Shown here in pieces: positions 33,824-43,477 of a stretch of DNA of 64,000 nucleotides. Both the position numbers and the translations under genes were made by a program. This DNA is from Ignavibacteria bacterium. GTDB taxonomy: Bacteria; Bacteroidota; Ignavibacteria; UBA10030; UBA6906. The stretch spans positions 79,298 through 143,297 of the forward strand of contig PSMW01000001.1 in assembly GCA_040290295.1 (NCBI GenBank), written 5' to 3'. Every line of letters starts with the position of its first letter. The first letter of the stretch is position 1. The notes under the pieces are model-generated. The model searched no databases. It was given only the letters and a program-made list of their open reading frames with translations, and was not told the origin of the DNA.

Positions 33824-35478
33824 TCGGCTCCGTTGAACAATTCCTGTCGAACAATGCATCACCCGTCGGTCGCACTGACGAGAAGGACGCCCAGCAGTCC
33901 GCAAGCGAAACGACCGAGAAGAGCACGAATTTCCTCTCCCTACTCCTACAGTTCTTCGGCGGATTCGTTCATGCAACACCCGCGGCGCAGCACGAAGGTG
34001 CCGGTGCCGAAATCCCGAAGGAGAGTTCGAGTAATTCATCGTCCAACGTGCCTCCTCACGGCGGTCACACAGTGAGCATTGTCTCGGCCCTACGATCTGG
34101 GGGTGAACCCGACGCTGCTGCGCCGTTCGGCACACACGCTTCGACTGAACATGAAGCCTTCGCAATTGTTGGAAGAGCTGTACCTGTACAGCCGGGTTCG
34201 TTTACGTCGGAGCAAAGTTCCCCTCTGCCGACAACCTCGTCGCCAACGGAAAAGGTCATCACGCCAGGAGGCGATGGTGGCTCAGCGTCTCAGCGCGCAG
34301 TCGCGCGATCGGATGACGCGCTCAAGAGTGTTGAGAAGAATTCTGGACAGCGCGAAGCACGCCAGCAGAACATCTCGCATCCTCCATCGCAGGATGCGGG
34401 AACGGCGCGACCCGAAACGGCGATGCGGAACGTTGAAGACAAGCAAGCGACGCCGTTCAATGTATTGCAGCATGTGGGAGGAGCGCGCACCGTCGAGGGG
34501 CAGGCAACACGTGTGGGGGGTGACTCACCGGCGAGCTTTCTTATCGATTGGACTAGCGTGAAGGATTCGACGCAGACGCTTTCGTCATCTGCGCCGTTGC
34601 AGAATGCTGAAACTGCGGCGGCGCTCAAGGCCGTTGCAGACACGTTTGCCGACACGAAGCATTATACCGAGCGCGTGAACGTATCGAACGTTGCTGCGAG
34701 TGAGAAGAGGGTCGTGATGGACTTCGAGGAGGACGGTGCTTTCGCCGTCGCTCGCACGAACCAAGGAGGGAAGGAAGAGATCACAGCGCATCCTTCCGAC
34801 GCGAGAGCAGAAAAGTTGCCGCCTGCTGTCGGAGAAACGCCGCAAGAGAGCATGCAGCCTGATCGCACCGCGGCGGACGAACAACAGAAGAGTCATCCTG
34901 CGTCGATGAAAGGGAGAAGTGGAGAACTCGTGGAGCATCGTGGGGGGACTCCAGGGGAAACGGGCACGAATCTGTTTGTGCAGGTGCCTTCCCCTCGGCG
35001 ATCGGAAGTATCGAGTGAGAGCACAGTGGCGAGGAGCGCACCTCCTGCTGCGATGAAACTGCCGGAAGAGTTCGCGAAGAATGTGGTCCTCAAGATTGTG
35101 GACGAGGTGCGGCTCCACATTGCGGGCAAGACATCCGAAGTGCGAGTGCAGTTGAAGCCCGAACATCTGGGTGAGCTTTCGCTGCGCGTGACGATGCAGG
35201 AGGGAGAGCTTGCGGCGCGGCTCGATGTCAGTGTGCCCGCGGTAAAAGCAGCACTCGATGCGCAACTGCCGCAACTCCGAGAGGCGCTTGCTCAGCAAGG
35301 CATAGAAATCCACCGCTTCGACATCGTAGCCGACAGTTTGATGCACCGGCAGGCGCAGCAGGAGCAGCAGCGCTCGCGGCATCAGGGGTCAGCGAAGCGG
35401 CAAACGGATGTGGATGTGGCCGAGACGTACGCAGCGATGCGCGATCTCGGTTACAACACAGTCGAATACATCATCTAA
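33820..35478 (+). CDS. fliK: Flagellar hook-length control protein FliK
   Basis: Long, low-complexity N-terminal region and a C-terminal Flg_hook block: EVRVQLKPEHLGELSLRVTMQEGELAARLDVSVPAVKAALDAQLPQLREALAQQGIEIHRFDI. Confidence 0.88.
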   Translation: MIGSVEQFLSNNASPVGRTDEKDAQQSASETTEKSTNFLSLLLQFFGGFVHATPAAQHEGAGAEIPKESSSNSSSNVPPHGGHTVSIVSALRSGGEPDAAAPFGTHASTEHEAFAIVGRAVPVQPGSFTSEQSSPLPTTSSPTEKVITPGGDGGSASQRAVARSDDALKSVEKNSGQREARQQNISHPPSQDAGTARPETAMRNVEDKQATPFNVLQHVGGARTVEGQATRVGGDSPASFLIDWTSVKDSTQTLSSSAPLQNAETAAALKAVADTFADTKHYTERVNVSNVAASEKRVVMDFEEDGAFAVARTNQGGKEEITAHPSDARAEKLPPAVGETPQESMQPDRTAADEQQKSHPASMKGRSGELVEHRGGTPGETGTNLFVQVPSPRRSEVSSESTVARSAPPAAMKLPEEFAKNVVLKIVDEVRLHIAGKTSEVRVQLKPEHLGELSLRVTMQEGELAARLDVSVPAVKAALDAQLPQLREALAQQGIEIHRFDIVADSLMHRQAQQEQQRSRHQGSAKRQTDVDVAETYAAMRDLGYNTVEYII

Positions 35479-35500
35479 CAACAAACACCATGGAGGAACC

Positions 35501-36199
35501 ATGCCGATCTTTCAAGCAACAGGGGTGGGTCCGCCGCAAGTACGGAATGCACGCACCGGAAACAACGCCCTCGGCAAGGACGATTTTCTGATGCTGCTGA
35601 CCAACCAATTGCGGTTTCAGGACCCAATGAATCCGTTGAAGGGGACGGAGTTTGCGACACAGCTCGCGCAATTTGCTTCCGTCGAGCAGCTCAACAACAT
35701 CAGCAGCTCGCTGGCCGAGAGCATCAATGCGAATTACGTGTTGACGCAAGCGATCAACAACGGACTCTCAGCGGGTTTTGTCGGTAAAGAAGTCCGGGCG
35801 CTCAGCGATACGTTCAGGTTGCGAGCGCCGGCAGAACGGACACGTGACATCAAGCTGGGCTACACGCTTCCTTCTGCCGCGACGTCGGTGGTCGTGAAGA
35901 TCAAGGATGAGTCGGGACGTGTCGTCCGTACACTGAACGTCACTGGCACCGCACAAGGAGACAACACGTTCACATGGGATGGCCGTACTGACCCGAACAT
36001 CTTCCCGAACGACGAAGCACCTGCAGGCACGTACACCTTCGTCGTCGAAGCGCGCGATGCGAACAACGCCATGCTGAACGTCTCTACGTTCATGTACGGA
36101 ACAGTATCGGCCGTTCGCTTCGCAGCGGAGGGAACGAAGTTCGTGATCAACGGTCAGGAGATACTGCTGGGAAATATTCTGGAAGTGCTGGAGGGCTGA
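35501..36199 (+). CDS. flgD: Flagellar hook assembly (capping) protein FlgD
   Basis: LGKDDFLMLLTNQLRFQDPMNPLKGTEFATQLAQFASVEQL is the FlgD signature, followed by a FLgD Ig-like C-terminus. A GGAGG RBS sits before ATG 35501. Confidence 0.92.
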   Translation: MPIFQATGVGPPQVRNARTGNNALGKDDFLMLLTNQLRFQDPMNPLKGTEFATQLAQFASVEQLNNISSSLAESINANYVLTQAINNGLSAGFVGKEVRALSDTFRLRAPAERTRDIKLGYTLPSAATSVVVKIKDESGRVVRTLNVTGTAQGDNTFTWDGRTDPNIFPNDEAPAGTYTFVVEARDANNAMLNVSTFMYGTVSAVRFAAEGTKFVINGQEILLGNILEVLEG

Positions 36200-36204
36200 C
36201 ACCG

Positions 36205-36591
36205 ATGGCTGAGATCATCAACGGCGTGAAGGTTCCTTTCCTTCCTGTCGGCGGCGTCGAAGGATTGAAGCAGAAGTCTCCGATGCCGCTGCCATCGGAA
36301 CGGTCCTTCGATGCAATCCTCCAGAAGGAACTGCAAGAAGTACGGTTCTCGAAACACGCACAGGAGCGCTTGAACGCACGGAACATTCAATTGGATCAGA
36401 AAGACCTTGCCGATCTGCAGCAGGCGGTATCGCTTGCAGAGAAGAAGGGCGCCAACGATTCGCTCGTGTTGTTACGCGACGTTGCGTTCATTGTGAGTGT
36501 CAAGAATCGCACGGTGGTCACAGCGTTGGATGGGGAGAGCATGAAACAGAATGTCTTTACCAACATCGACAGCGCGGTGATTGCAGGATAG
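36205..36591 (+). CDS. Conserved 'flagellar operon protein' of the type found between flgD and flgE in Firmicutes and spirochaetes (TIGR02530-like)
   Basis: RFSKHAQERLNARNIQL...AVSLAEKKGANDSLVLLRDVAFIVSVKNRTVVTALD...NVFTNIDSAVI matches my memory of this family. Synteny flgD-X-flgE. Confidence 0.7.
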   Translation: MAEIINGVKVPFLPVGGVEGLKQKSPMPLPSERSFDAILQKELQEVRFSKHAQERLNARNIQLDQKDLADLQQAVSLAEKKGANDSLVLLRDVAFIVSVKNRTVVTALDGESMKQNVFTNIDSAVIAG

Positions 36592-36696
36592 CAACAACAG
36601 ATGAGGGCCGGTCCTCGCACAGAGGAGGCCCCCGTCGAGCTGACCGACAGAAGCTCGATCATCAATCATTCACAAACACAACAAGGGGGTACAACT

Positions 36697-37941
36697 ATGT
36701 CGCTCTACACTTCACTCTTCTGCGGCATCTCGGGGCTTCGCAACCATCAGGTGATGCTGGATGTCATCGGAAACAACATTTCCAATATCAACACGATCGG
36801 CTACAAAGCCTCCCGTGCGTTGTTTTCGGAAATGTTCGCACAAACGCGGTTGAACGCGTATCGCCCAACGCGCGATAATGGCGGTGTCAACCCGCAGCAA
36901 ATTGGGCTGGGGGCAAGCGTCGGTGCCATCCAGCAGATGTTTGCACAAGGCCATCTCGAAGGAACCGGCGCGCCGACCGACCTTGCGGTGACAGGTGGCG
37001 GTTTCTTCGTCGTCAAACGGGCAGGCAAGGAGTTCCTGACGCGCGTCGGCAACTTCACCTTCGACGCTCAAGGCAACATGGTGCTGCCGAGTAACGGCGC
37101 GATCTTGCAAGGACGGCTTGCCAACCCGGACGGCACGATTCCTCCCGATGCGCCGATTACGAACTTGCGTTTCGCATTCGATCGGAAGGCACCAGCAAAG
37201 GCGACGACGAGTGTCAGACTTGCGGGCAACTTGGATAGCGGCACCGCCGTCAATGGAACGGTGCAGTCTACGTTCCAAGTGTACGACTCGCTCGGCAATC
37301 AGCATAGCATCACCGTCACTTTCACGAAAACTGGCAACAACACGTGGACGTGGAACGCCGTGCAAACCGGACAGACAACATCCATCGGCAACGGCTCGCT
37401 CACGTTCGATGGTACCGGTACGCTGACGAACTCTACCGGTACGCCGATCGCGTTCACACCTACCAACGGTGCCGATCCGATCAGCTTCACGTTGGATGTC
37501 GGAACGCCGGGCCAGTTCAGCGGTATCACGCAAACCTCCGGCACCTCGATCGTGAGCATGCGTGATCAGAACGGCTATGCGTCGGGAACGCTCGAGAACA
37601 TTATCGTCGAGAAGGATGGGAAGGTGCAAGGCAAGTTCTCGAACGGCACGACGATCACCTTAGGTCAGATCATTCTCGCCGAGTTGAACAATCCGGGCGG
37701 CATGTTCAAAGAAGGAGATGGACTGTTCACCGTGACGGGCAACTCTGGCAATGTCACCTACGTGATTGCAGGTGAGGGGTCAAGCTCCGTAATCGCCAGC
37801 GGCGTGTTGGAACAATCCAACGTGGACCTGGCAGAGGAGTTCACACGTATGATCGTTGCGCAGCGCGGCTATCAATCGAACGCTCGCATCATCACCGTGA
37901 CGGACGAAATCCTGCAAGAGACCATCAACTTGCGGCGGTAG
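36697..37941 (+). CDS. flgE: Flagellar hook protein FlgE
   Basis: MSLYTSLFCGISGLRNHQVMLDVIGNNISNINTIGYKASR N-terminus and LEQSNVDLAEEFTRMIVAQRGYQSNARIITVTDEILQETINLRR C-terminus. An AAGGGGG RBS sits before ATG 36697. Confidence 0.95.
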   Translation: MSLYTSLFCGISGLRNHQVMLDVIGNNISNINTIGYKASRALFSEMFAQTRLNAYRPTRDNGGVNPQQIGLGASVGAIQQMFAQGHLEGTGAPTDLAVTGGGFFVVKRAGKEFLTRVGNFTFDAQGNMVLPSNGAILQGRLANPDGTIPPDAPITNLRFAFDRKAPAKATTSVRLAGNLDSGTAVNGTVQSTFQVYDSLGNQHSITVTFTKTGNNTWTWNAVQTGQTTSIGNGSLTFDGTGTLTNSTGTPIAFTPTNGADPISFTLDVGTPGQFSGITQTSGTSIVSMRDQNGYASGTLENIIVEKDGKVQGKFSNGTTITLGQIILAELNNPGGMFKEGDGLFTVTGNSGNVTYVIAGEGSSSVIASGVLEQSNVDLAEEFTRMIVAQRGYQSNARIITVTDEILQETINLRR

Positions 37942-38135
37942 TCGGAACGACGGCGGGTGGCTCGCTTTCGGGCTGCCCGCTGATGTCTTGTCCATGCTGG
38001 TAGCAGAGTCTTCCGAATCAGTTGGCTGATATTGACCACCAAGAGTGCCGCCACGTCGAGGTGCCTCGTGATGCACTCGAGGGATTCTCTCCCATTGTTC
38101 GCCCTTCCTCCTTACGATGCGTCAGAACCGTCCGA

Positions 38136-38151
38136 TGGCATACGCTTTGAC
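38136..38151 (+). promoter_or_regulatory. Variant -24/-12 element (TGGCAT-N5-TTGA) in the flgE-fliL gap; its 3' part also reads as a sigma-70 -35 (TTGACC)
   Basis: TGGCATACGCTTTGAC lies 39 nt upstream of the fliL ATG. This is the only sizeable gap (248 bp) inside the 37-kb cluster. The -12 reads GA, not GC. Confidence 0.3.
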
Positions 38152-38189
38152 CTTTCTGCGTGCACCACGACTAATCATGAGGCTGTACC

Positions 38190-38741
38190 ATGGCTGATGA
38201 AACACCTGAACAAACGTCTCCAGCACCGGAAGAACAAAAAGGGAGAGCGCTGAAAAAGATTGTCCTGATCGGCGTCCCCGCGTTCTTTATGCAACTTGTA
38301 CTCGTGTACTTTCTGACGGCGAAATTTCTCGTACCGGTTGCGTTACAAAATACCGGCGCAATGATCGTGACACCGGTCGCGCAAGCGCACTGCGAGCACA
38401 CCGAATCTCCAGCAGCAGAAAAAAAGGGGGATGTCCGCGAGGAATACATCTACGTCATTAAAGATTTGATCATCAACCCTGCGGGGACGAACGGGCAGCG
38501 CTATCTGCTTACGACCATCGGCTTCAATGTCAGTTCGGAAGAAGCGAGGAAGGAGCTGGAGAAGAAAGAGCTTGCGGTACGGGATGCGCTGAACTCCATC
38601 CTCACGAGCAAGACGATGGATGATTTAATCGACGTGTCGAAACGCGAGCTCCTTCGTCAAGAGATTTTTACGCGCTGCAGAGAGTTGGTGAAAATCGGCA
38701 AACTCCAGAGCGTGTACTTCAGCAAATATATCATCCAGTAA
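38190..38741 (+). CDS. fliL: Flagellar basal body-associated protein FliL
   Basis: Single N-terminal TM, then YVIKDLIINPAGTNGQRYLLTTIGFNVSSEEARKELEKKELAVRDALNSILTSKTMDDL...VYFSKYIIQ. Confidence 0.88.
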   Translation: MADETPEQTSPAPEEQKGRALKKIVLIGVPAFFMQLVLVYFLTAKFLVPVALQNTGAMIVTPVAQAHCEHTESPAAEKKGDVREEYIYVIKDLIINPAGTNGQRYLLTTIGFNVSSEEARKELEKKELAVRDALNSILTSKTMDDLIDVSKRELLRQEIFTRCRELVKIGKLQSVYFSKYIIQ

Positions 38742-38752
38742 CACCTCGAACA

Positions 38753-39751
38753 ATGGCGGAGATTCTCTCACAACAAGAAATCAACACGCTGCTGTCGGGG
38801 ATGCCCGACGAACAGCACGCACGTGGTTCGGTCGATGCGAGTACCAAGGAGGTGGGACGGGAGATCGTTCGGTTCGACTTTCGGATGCCACGCCGCCTGT
38901 CGAGCCGCCAACTCCAAACCTTTCATGCCATCCACGACAGCTTCGCGGATGCGATGAGTTCATTTCTCGTGTCGCGTTTACAGACCACAGCCGCCGTCAA
39001 CGTCGTCTCGGTCGAGCAAATGTTCTACTCAGAGTACGTGGTCTCAACTCCGCGCCCGAGTTGCTTGTACGTCTTCACGATCAAGGAACTCGGTGCCAAA
39101 AGCGTGATGGAACTAAATCCGGCACTTGTTCTGGCAATCATCGCGCGTATGTTGGGTGGCTCCACCGAAAACGTGGCGGAGGTTCGGCCCATCACCAAGA
39201 TCGAACAGAACATTTTCAAGGGCATGGTGCTGCGCGGGTTGGGTGAATTGCAACGCACATGGACGACGTTGGTTGAAAGCGAGTTCGTGCTCGATCGGTA
39301 TGAAACCGAAGCCGACTTCATCCAAATTGCTCCGACGAGCGAGATCGTTTTGGTTGTCAAGCTGGAAGTCATGCTCGGCGACTTCCGCTATGCCGCATCG
39401 TTGTGCTTTCCCACGTTGCCGCTGGAAGATGTTCTTGCGACGCTTCAAACGCGGCAACACGCCAACACCCAGCGAGGAGCCGATAAGGGGGATTGGTCCG
39501 GCACGATTCTCCGAACGCTGGAGACGACGAAAATTCCCGTCACGTGCATTCTCGGCGAAACGACACTAACGTTGCAGCAACTCAAAGAGTTGGAGGTGGG
39601 GGACCTCCTGATCACCAACACGCCGGTCAACGGCGAGTTGCGTCTCATGGTGGGCGACCGTGTGCGTGCACGCGGTCGCCCCGGTATCTCCAACGGCAGA
39701 ACGGCCTTGAAAATTTCTCACATCATTGTGGAACAGGACAACAACGCTTAG
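38753..39751 (+). CDS. fliM: Flagellar motor switch protein FliM
   Basis: N-terminal CheY-P-binding-type motif ILSQQEINTLL, FDFRMPRRLS, and the central FliM domain. 332 aa. Confidence 0.95.
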   Translation: MAEILSQQEINTLLSGMPDEQHARGSVDASTKEVGREIVRFDFRMPRRLSSRQLQTFHAIHDSFADAMSSFLVSRLQTTAAVNVVSVEQMFYSEYVVSTPRPSCLYVFTIKELGAKSVMELNPALVLAIIARMLGGSTENVAEVRPITKIEQNIFKGMVLRGLGELQRTWTTLVESEFVLDRYETEADFIQIAPTSEIVLVVKLEVMLGDFRYAASLCFPTLPLEDVLATLQTRQHANTQRGADKGDWSGTILRTLETTKIPVTCILGETTLTLQQLKELEVGDLLITNTPVNGELRLMVGDRVRARGRPGISNGRTALKISHIIVEQDNNA

Positions 39752-39757
39752 AGCCTT

Positions 39758-40177
39758 ATGGAACAAGTCAAAGACGACGAGATGCTGAAGTTTCCTCCTC
39801 GTGAAAAACAGAGGGAAGAAGAACCCAACGAGCCGACGAGCGGTCCGCACATCCAAGCTGCAGAGTTTCAGCAGTTCGACGGCAGCGAACCTCCTGCATC
39901 GGCAAACGAGCGGGAGAGGAAGTTGGATTTGCTCATGGGATTGACTCTTCCGGTATCGATCGAGCTGGGCAGGACCGAACTGGAAATTCGCAGCGTGCTC
40001 GATCTCAAGCGCGGCTCTATCATCGAGTTCGATAAGATGGCGAGTGAACCCGTGGACATCTTCGTCAACGGCAAGAAGATGGCGGAAGGGGAGGTTGTCG
40101 TGATCGACAAACACTTCGCCATTCGCGTCACCAACTTGGTGAACGCTGCCGAACGTATCAAAGGGCTGGGGAGGTAG
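39758..40177 (+). CDS. fliN: Flagellar motor switch protein FliN
   Basis: LDLLMGLTLPVSIELGRTELEIRSVLDLKRGSIIEFDKMASEPVDIFVNGKKMAEGEVVVIDKHFAIRVTNLV (SpoA domain). Confidence 0.93.
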   Translation: MEQVKDDEMLKFPPREKQREEEPNEPTSGPHIQAAEFQQFDGSEPPASANERERKLDLLMGLTLPVSIELGRTELEIRSVLDLKRGSIIEFDKMASEPVDIFVNGKKMAEGEVVVIDKHFAIRVTNLVNAAERIKGLGR

Positions 40178-40180
40178 GGC

Positions 40181-40579
40181 ATGGAATGGCTCGTCGTGAA
40201 AACGCTGCTGTCGCTTGCAGCCGTCATCGCGTTGATGGTCGGCGTCGTGTTTCTGCTGAAGAAGTACGTGGTTCGAGGGCGAACGGGGTCCTCCAGCATC
40301 GTGGAGATGAAACTGCTCGGAACGATGATGATCCAACCGAAGCGCTCGATCGCTGCGCTGAAAGTGATGAACAAGGTCATCATCATCGGGCTGAGCGAGC
40401 ACGGTATGCATGCACTCGGCGAAGTAAGCGATGAGCACAGCCTGCACCGCATCGACGAACGCCTTGCAGCGCAGCAGGCGGAGCAGTCGTGGGTGCCGAT
40501 GCGGTCTCTTCGCGCTCCGACATTCGCACGTGCACTTGCTGCGCAATTGGGAAAACTTGCAGCGAAAGGGTCGCACTGA
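40181..40579 (+). CDS. fliO: Flagellar biosynthesis protein FliO
   Basis: A single TM (LLSLAAVIALMVGVVFLL) followed by LGTMMIQPKRSIAALKVMNKVIIIGLSEHGMHALGEV. Position directly before fliP. Confidence 0.75.
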   Translation: MEWLVVKTLLSLAAVIALMVGVVFLLKKYVVRGRTGSSSIVEMKLLGTMMIQPKRSIAALKVMNKVIIIGLSEHGMHALGEVSDEHSLHRIDERLAAQQAEQSWVPMRSLRAPTFARALAAQLGKLAAKGSH

Positions 40580-41328
40580 TGCGTGTCCTCATCCCCCTCA
40601 TGATCTGCATGCTCGCGTTGAGCGGCACCGCGTTCGCTCAGGAAAAAGCTCTGCCCTTCCCGAAACTCTCCGTCGAGGTCGGCAAAGCAACTAGTCCTGA
40701 CGACGTTTCGGTGACGTTGCAGATACTGTTCTTGATGACGATCCTCTCGCTTGCGCCGGCAATTCTCATCCTCACGACGGCGTTTACGCGGATCATCGTC
40801 GTCTTCCATTTCTTGAAACAAGCAATGGGCACGCCGCAGATGCCTCCTTCACAGGTGCTCATCGGCTTGGCAATGTTCCTCACGTTTTTCGTGATGGCGC
40901 CGACGTGGAGCAAGGTGAACGACCAAGCGCTCCAGCCCTATCTCCAAAAAAAAATGTCGCTGCAGGAAGCCTACGAAAAAGGAGTCGAGCCGATTCGCGG
41001 GTTCATGTTTCGCCAAACGAGAGAAGAGGATTTAGGGTTGTTCTTGAACTTCGCAAAACTCGAGAAGCCCAAGAACCGTTCCGAGGTGCCGACCTACGTG
41101 CTGGTGCCTGCCTACGCCATCAGTGAGCTGCGCGTGGGGTTCCAAATCGGATTTGTGTTGTTCATCCCCTTCCTTCTCATCGATATGGTCGTTGCGAGCA
41201 TCCTGATGTCTATGGGCATGATGATGCTACCGCCGGTAATGGTCTCGATGCCGTTCAAGATTCTCCTGTTCATCTTGGTGGATGGATGGTATTTGGTTGT
41301 CGAATCGTTGATGCAAAGTTTTCATTGA
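40579..41328 (+). CDS. fliP: Flagellar export gate protein FliP
   Basis: Signal peptide MRVLIPLMICMLALSGTAFA, then LQILFLMTILSLAPAILILTTAFTRIIVVFHFLKQAMGTPQMPPSQVLIGLAMFLTFFVMAP. The start overlaps the fliO stop (TGATG). Confidence 0.95.
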   Translation: MRVLIPLMICMLALSGTAFAQEKALPFPKLSVEVGKATSPDDVSVTLQILFLMTILSLAPAILILTTAFTRIIVVFHFLKQAMGTPQMPPSQVLIGLAMFLTFFVMAPTWSKVNDQALQPYLQKKMSLQEAYEKGVEPIRGFMFRQTREEDLGLFLNFAKLEKPKNRSEVPTYVLVPAYAISELRVGFQIGFVLFIPFLLIDMVVASILMSMGMMMLPPVMVSMPFKILLFILVDGWYLVVESLMQSFH

Positions 41329-41337
41329 GGAGCGAGC

Positions 41338-41607
41338 ATGAATGTTGAGTTTGTCGTCCACCTTTTTCGAGAAGCATTATATACCGGCATGGTGGTCGCA
41401 GCGCCGCTTCTAATCGTTTCGTTGGTTGTCGGGTTGATCGTTTCGATTCTTCAGGCAGCGACGTCCATTCAGGAGTTCACGCTCTCGTTCGTCCCGAAAC
41501 TTATCGCGTTGGCAGTGGTGCTGGTACTGACGCTGCCGTGGATGATCGATACGCTTATTGGGTTTACGATCAATCTCTACCATCACATTCCGACACTGGT
41601 GCACTGA
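41338..41607 (+). CDS. fliQ: Flagellar export gate protein FliQ
   Basis: 89 aa. LLIVSLVVGLIVSILQAATSIQEFTLSFVPKLIAL. Confidence 0.93.
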   Translation: MNVEFVVHLFREALYTGMVVAAPLLIVSLVVGLIVSILQAATSIQEFTLSFVPKLIALAVVLVLTLPWMIDTLIGFTINLYHHIPTLVH

Positions 41608-41610
41608 GCC

Positions 41611-42378
41611 ATGGAACTGTACGTGAGCCAGTTTCTGATCTTCCTGATGATCTTTGTTCGGGTAATGGCGCTTGTTGTCGTCGCGCCGATGATCGGGCAC
41701 ATGGCTGTGCCGATTCAGGTGAAAGTAGCGATCGGGTTGTTCGTCGCGTTCGTCATGTATCCGCTTGCGTCGCATGAAGCGGCTGTGGTGCATACCGAAC
41801 TGATTCCGCTTGTGCTCGCCGTGTTCAAGGAAGCGGCAGTGGGCTTGCTCATCGGCTTTGCAGCCGGCTTGCTGTTTGCCGGAGTTCGTTTTGCAGGAGA
41901 ACTGATCGCGATCGACGCGGGACTGTCGCTTGCGGCGCTGTTCGATCCGGAGAGCCATGCCCACGCGTCGGTTATCAGCGAGTCGCTGTATCTGCTCATG
42001 CTGATGGTGTTCGTGATGGTCGATGGGCATCACGTTCTGCTGGAAGCGTTGCAGCTCAGCTACGTGAGTGTTCCGATGGGCAGTGTCGCACTCAACGGTG
42101 AGCTTGCGGAACACCTTCTGAAGATGGTGGGGATGGTGTTCGTTGTTGCGGTCAAGCTGGCGGCGCCCGTCATGGTGGCGATGTTTCTCATCAACGTTGC
42201 ACTTTCGATCCTCGCGCGCGTCATGCCGCAAATGAATCTTTTTGCAGTACTCTTCCCGTTGAAAGTCGGCGTTGGGCTGCTGGTGCTGACGACAGCGTTG
42301 CCGCTTCTGGTGTTCGTCTTCAAGAAGCTGCTGGCAGGATTCGAGGAGAGTCTGTTCGAACTCGTGAAGGTCCTTTGA
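41611..42378 (+). CDS. fliR: Flagellar export gate protein FliR
   Basis: 255-aa polytopic protein. FLMIFVRVMALVVVAPMIGH..., AVFKEAAVGLLIGFAAGLLF. Synteny fliPQR-flhB. Confidence 0.92.
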   Translation: MELYVSQFLIFLMIFVRVMALVVVAPMIGHMAVPIQVKVAIGLFVAFVMYPLASHEAAVVHTELIPLVLAVFKEAAVGLLIGFAAGLLFAGVRFAGELIAIDAGLSLAALFDPESHAHASVISESLYLLMLMVFVMVDGHHVLLEALQLSYVSVPMGSVALNGELAEHLLKMVGMVFVVAVKLAAPVMVAMFLINVALSILARVMPQMNLFAVLFPLKVGVGLLVLTTALPLLVFVFKKLLAGFEESLFELVKVL

Positions 42379-42381
42379 GTC

Positions 42382-43473
42382 ATGGCAGAATTCGAAACGG
42401 CAGAACAAAGAACCGAACCGGCATCTCACAAAAAGCGCACCGATGCTCGAGCGAAGGGGAGCGTGGCAAAGTCGATCGATGTCAACTCCGCGTTGGTGAT
42501 CGTCTTCGGGTTGCTGATTCTGTCCATTGGCGGCGCGGGGCTCGCTGCAAAGCTGAGCGCGGTTGCGCAGAGTGTGTTCGGGAGCCTCTCCGCAGTCAAC
42601 CTGACACCGGAAAATGTTCATCGCCTTGTCGCGGATGGACTGTCGGGATTTTTTCTGGCGTTGATGCCGATTCTGTTTGGACTGATGCTCGTGGGTGTCA
42701 TCGCAAGCGTTGCGCAAGTCGGGTTCCTGTTCACCTGGGAGCCGGTGCTGCCGAAGTTCTCGAAGATGAACCCTCTTGCAGGGCTTCGGCGTGTGATGCT
42801 GTCGGCACGCTCGGTAGTGGAGTTGTCCAAAGGCATCGCGAAGGTAGCGATCGTGGGACTGGTTGCGTACAACGCGACACAAGCCGTCGTGTCCGATGCT
42901 GTGCTGCTGGTCGATAGCGACGCAGCGGCCATTCTGGAATTCATGGTGAAAGCATCTCTGAACGTGGGATGGAAAGTCGGGCTGGCGTTCTTCGTTCTGG
43001 CGGCGGCGGACTATGCCTTCCAACGCTGGGAACACGAAAAGTCGTTGCGCATGACGAAGCACGAAGTGAAGGAAGAATCCAAAGAAGCCGAAGGCGACCC
43101 GACCATCAAGGGGCGCATTCGTGCCATCCAGCGCCAGATTGCCTATCGCCGCATGATGCAGGACGTGCCCAAAGCCGACGTCGTGGTGACGAACCCGACA
43201 CACCTTGCTGTTGCACTCAAATATGAAATGGAAAAGATGAACGCTCCCCGCGTCGTCGCGAAAGGTGCCGATCTTCTTGCACAACGCATCAAGGAGATCG
43301 CTCGTGAGCACGATGTGCCGATCGTCGAAGACAAACCGCTTGCCCAGATGCTGTACAAGACCGTGGAAGTGGGGGATGAGATTCCTGAAAAACTTTTCCA
43401 AGCCGTTGCACAGGTGCTGGCTTTCGTGTACCGACTGCGAGACGAGCGACGACCACACTTTACCGTAAACTGA
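42382..43473 (+). CDS. flhB: Flagellar export switch protein FlhB
   Basis: EQRTEPASHKKRTDARAKGSVAKS N-terminus, the autocleavage motif VVVTNPTHLAVALKY, and VPIVEDKPLAQMLY. Confidence 0.96.
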   Translation: MAEFETAEQRTEPASHKKRTDARAKGSVAKSIDVNSALVIVFGLLILSIGGAGLAAKLSAVAQSVFGSLSAVNLTPENVHRLVADGLSGFFLALMPILFGLMLVGVIASVAQVGFLFTWEPVLPKFSKMNPLAGLRRVMLSARSVVELSKGIAKVAIVGLVAYNATQAVVSDAVLLVDSDAAAILEFMVKASLNVGWKVGLAFFVLAAADYAFQRWEHEKSLRMTKHEVKEESKEAEGDPTIKGRIRAIQRQIAYRRMMQDVPKADVVVTNPTHLAVALKYEMEKMNAPRVVAKGADLLAQRIKEIAREHDVPIVEDKPLAQMLYKTVEVGDEIPEKLFQAVAQVLAFVYRLRDERRPHFTVN

Positions 43474-43477
43474 GTGT

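Noticed and set aside
38147-38175. Sigma-70 reading TTGACC-N17-ACTAAT upstream of fliL
   Set aside because: The predicted TSS would fall at or beyond the fliL Shine-Dalgarno (GAGG, 38179-38182), leaving no usable leader. It is kept only as an alternative to the -24/-12 reading of the same bases.
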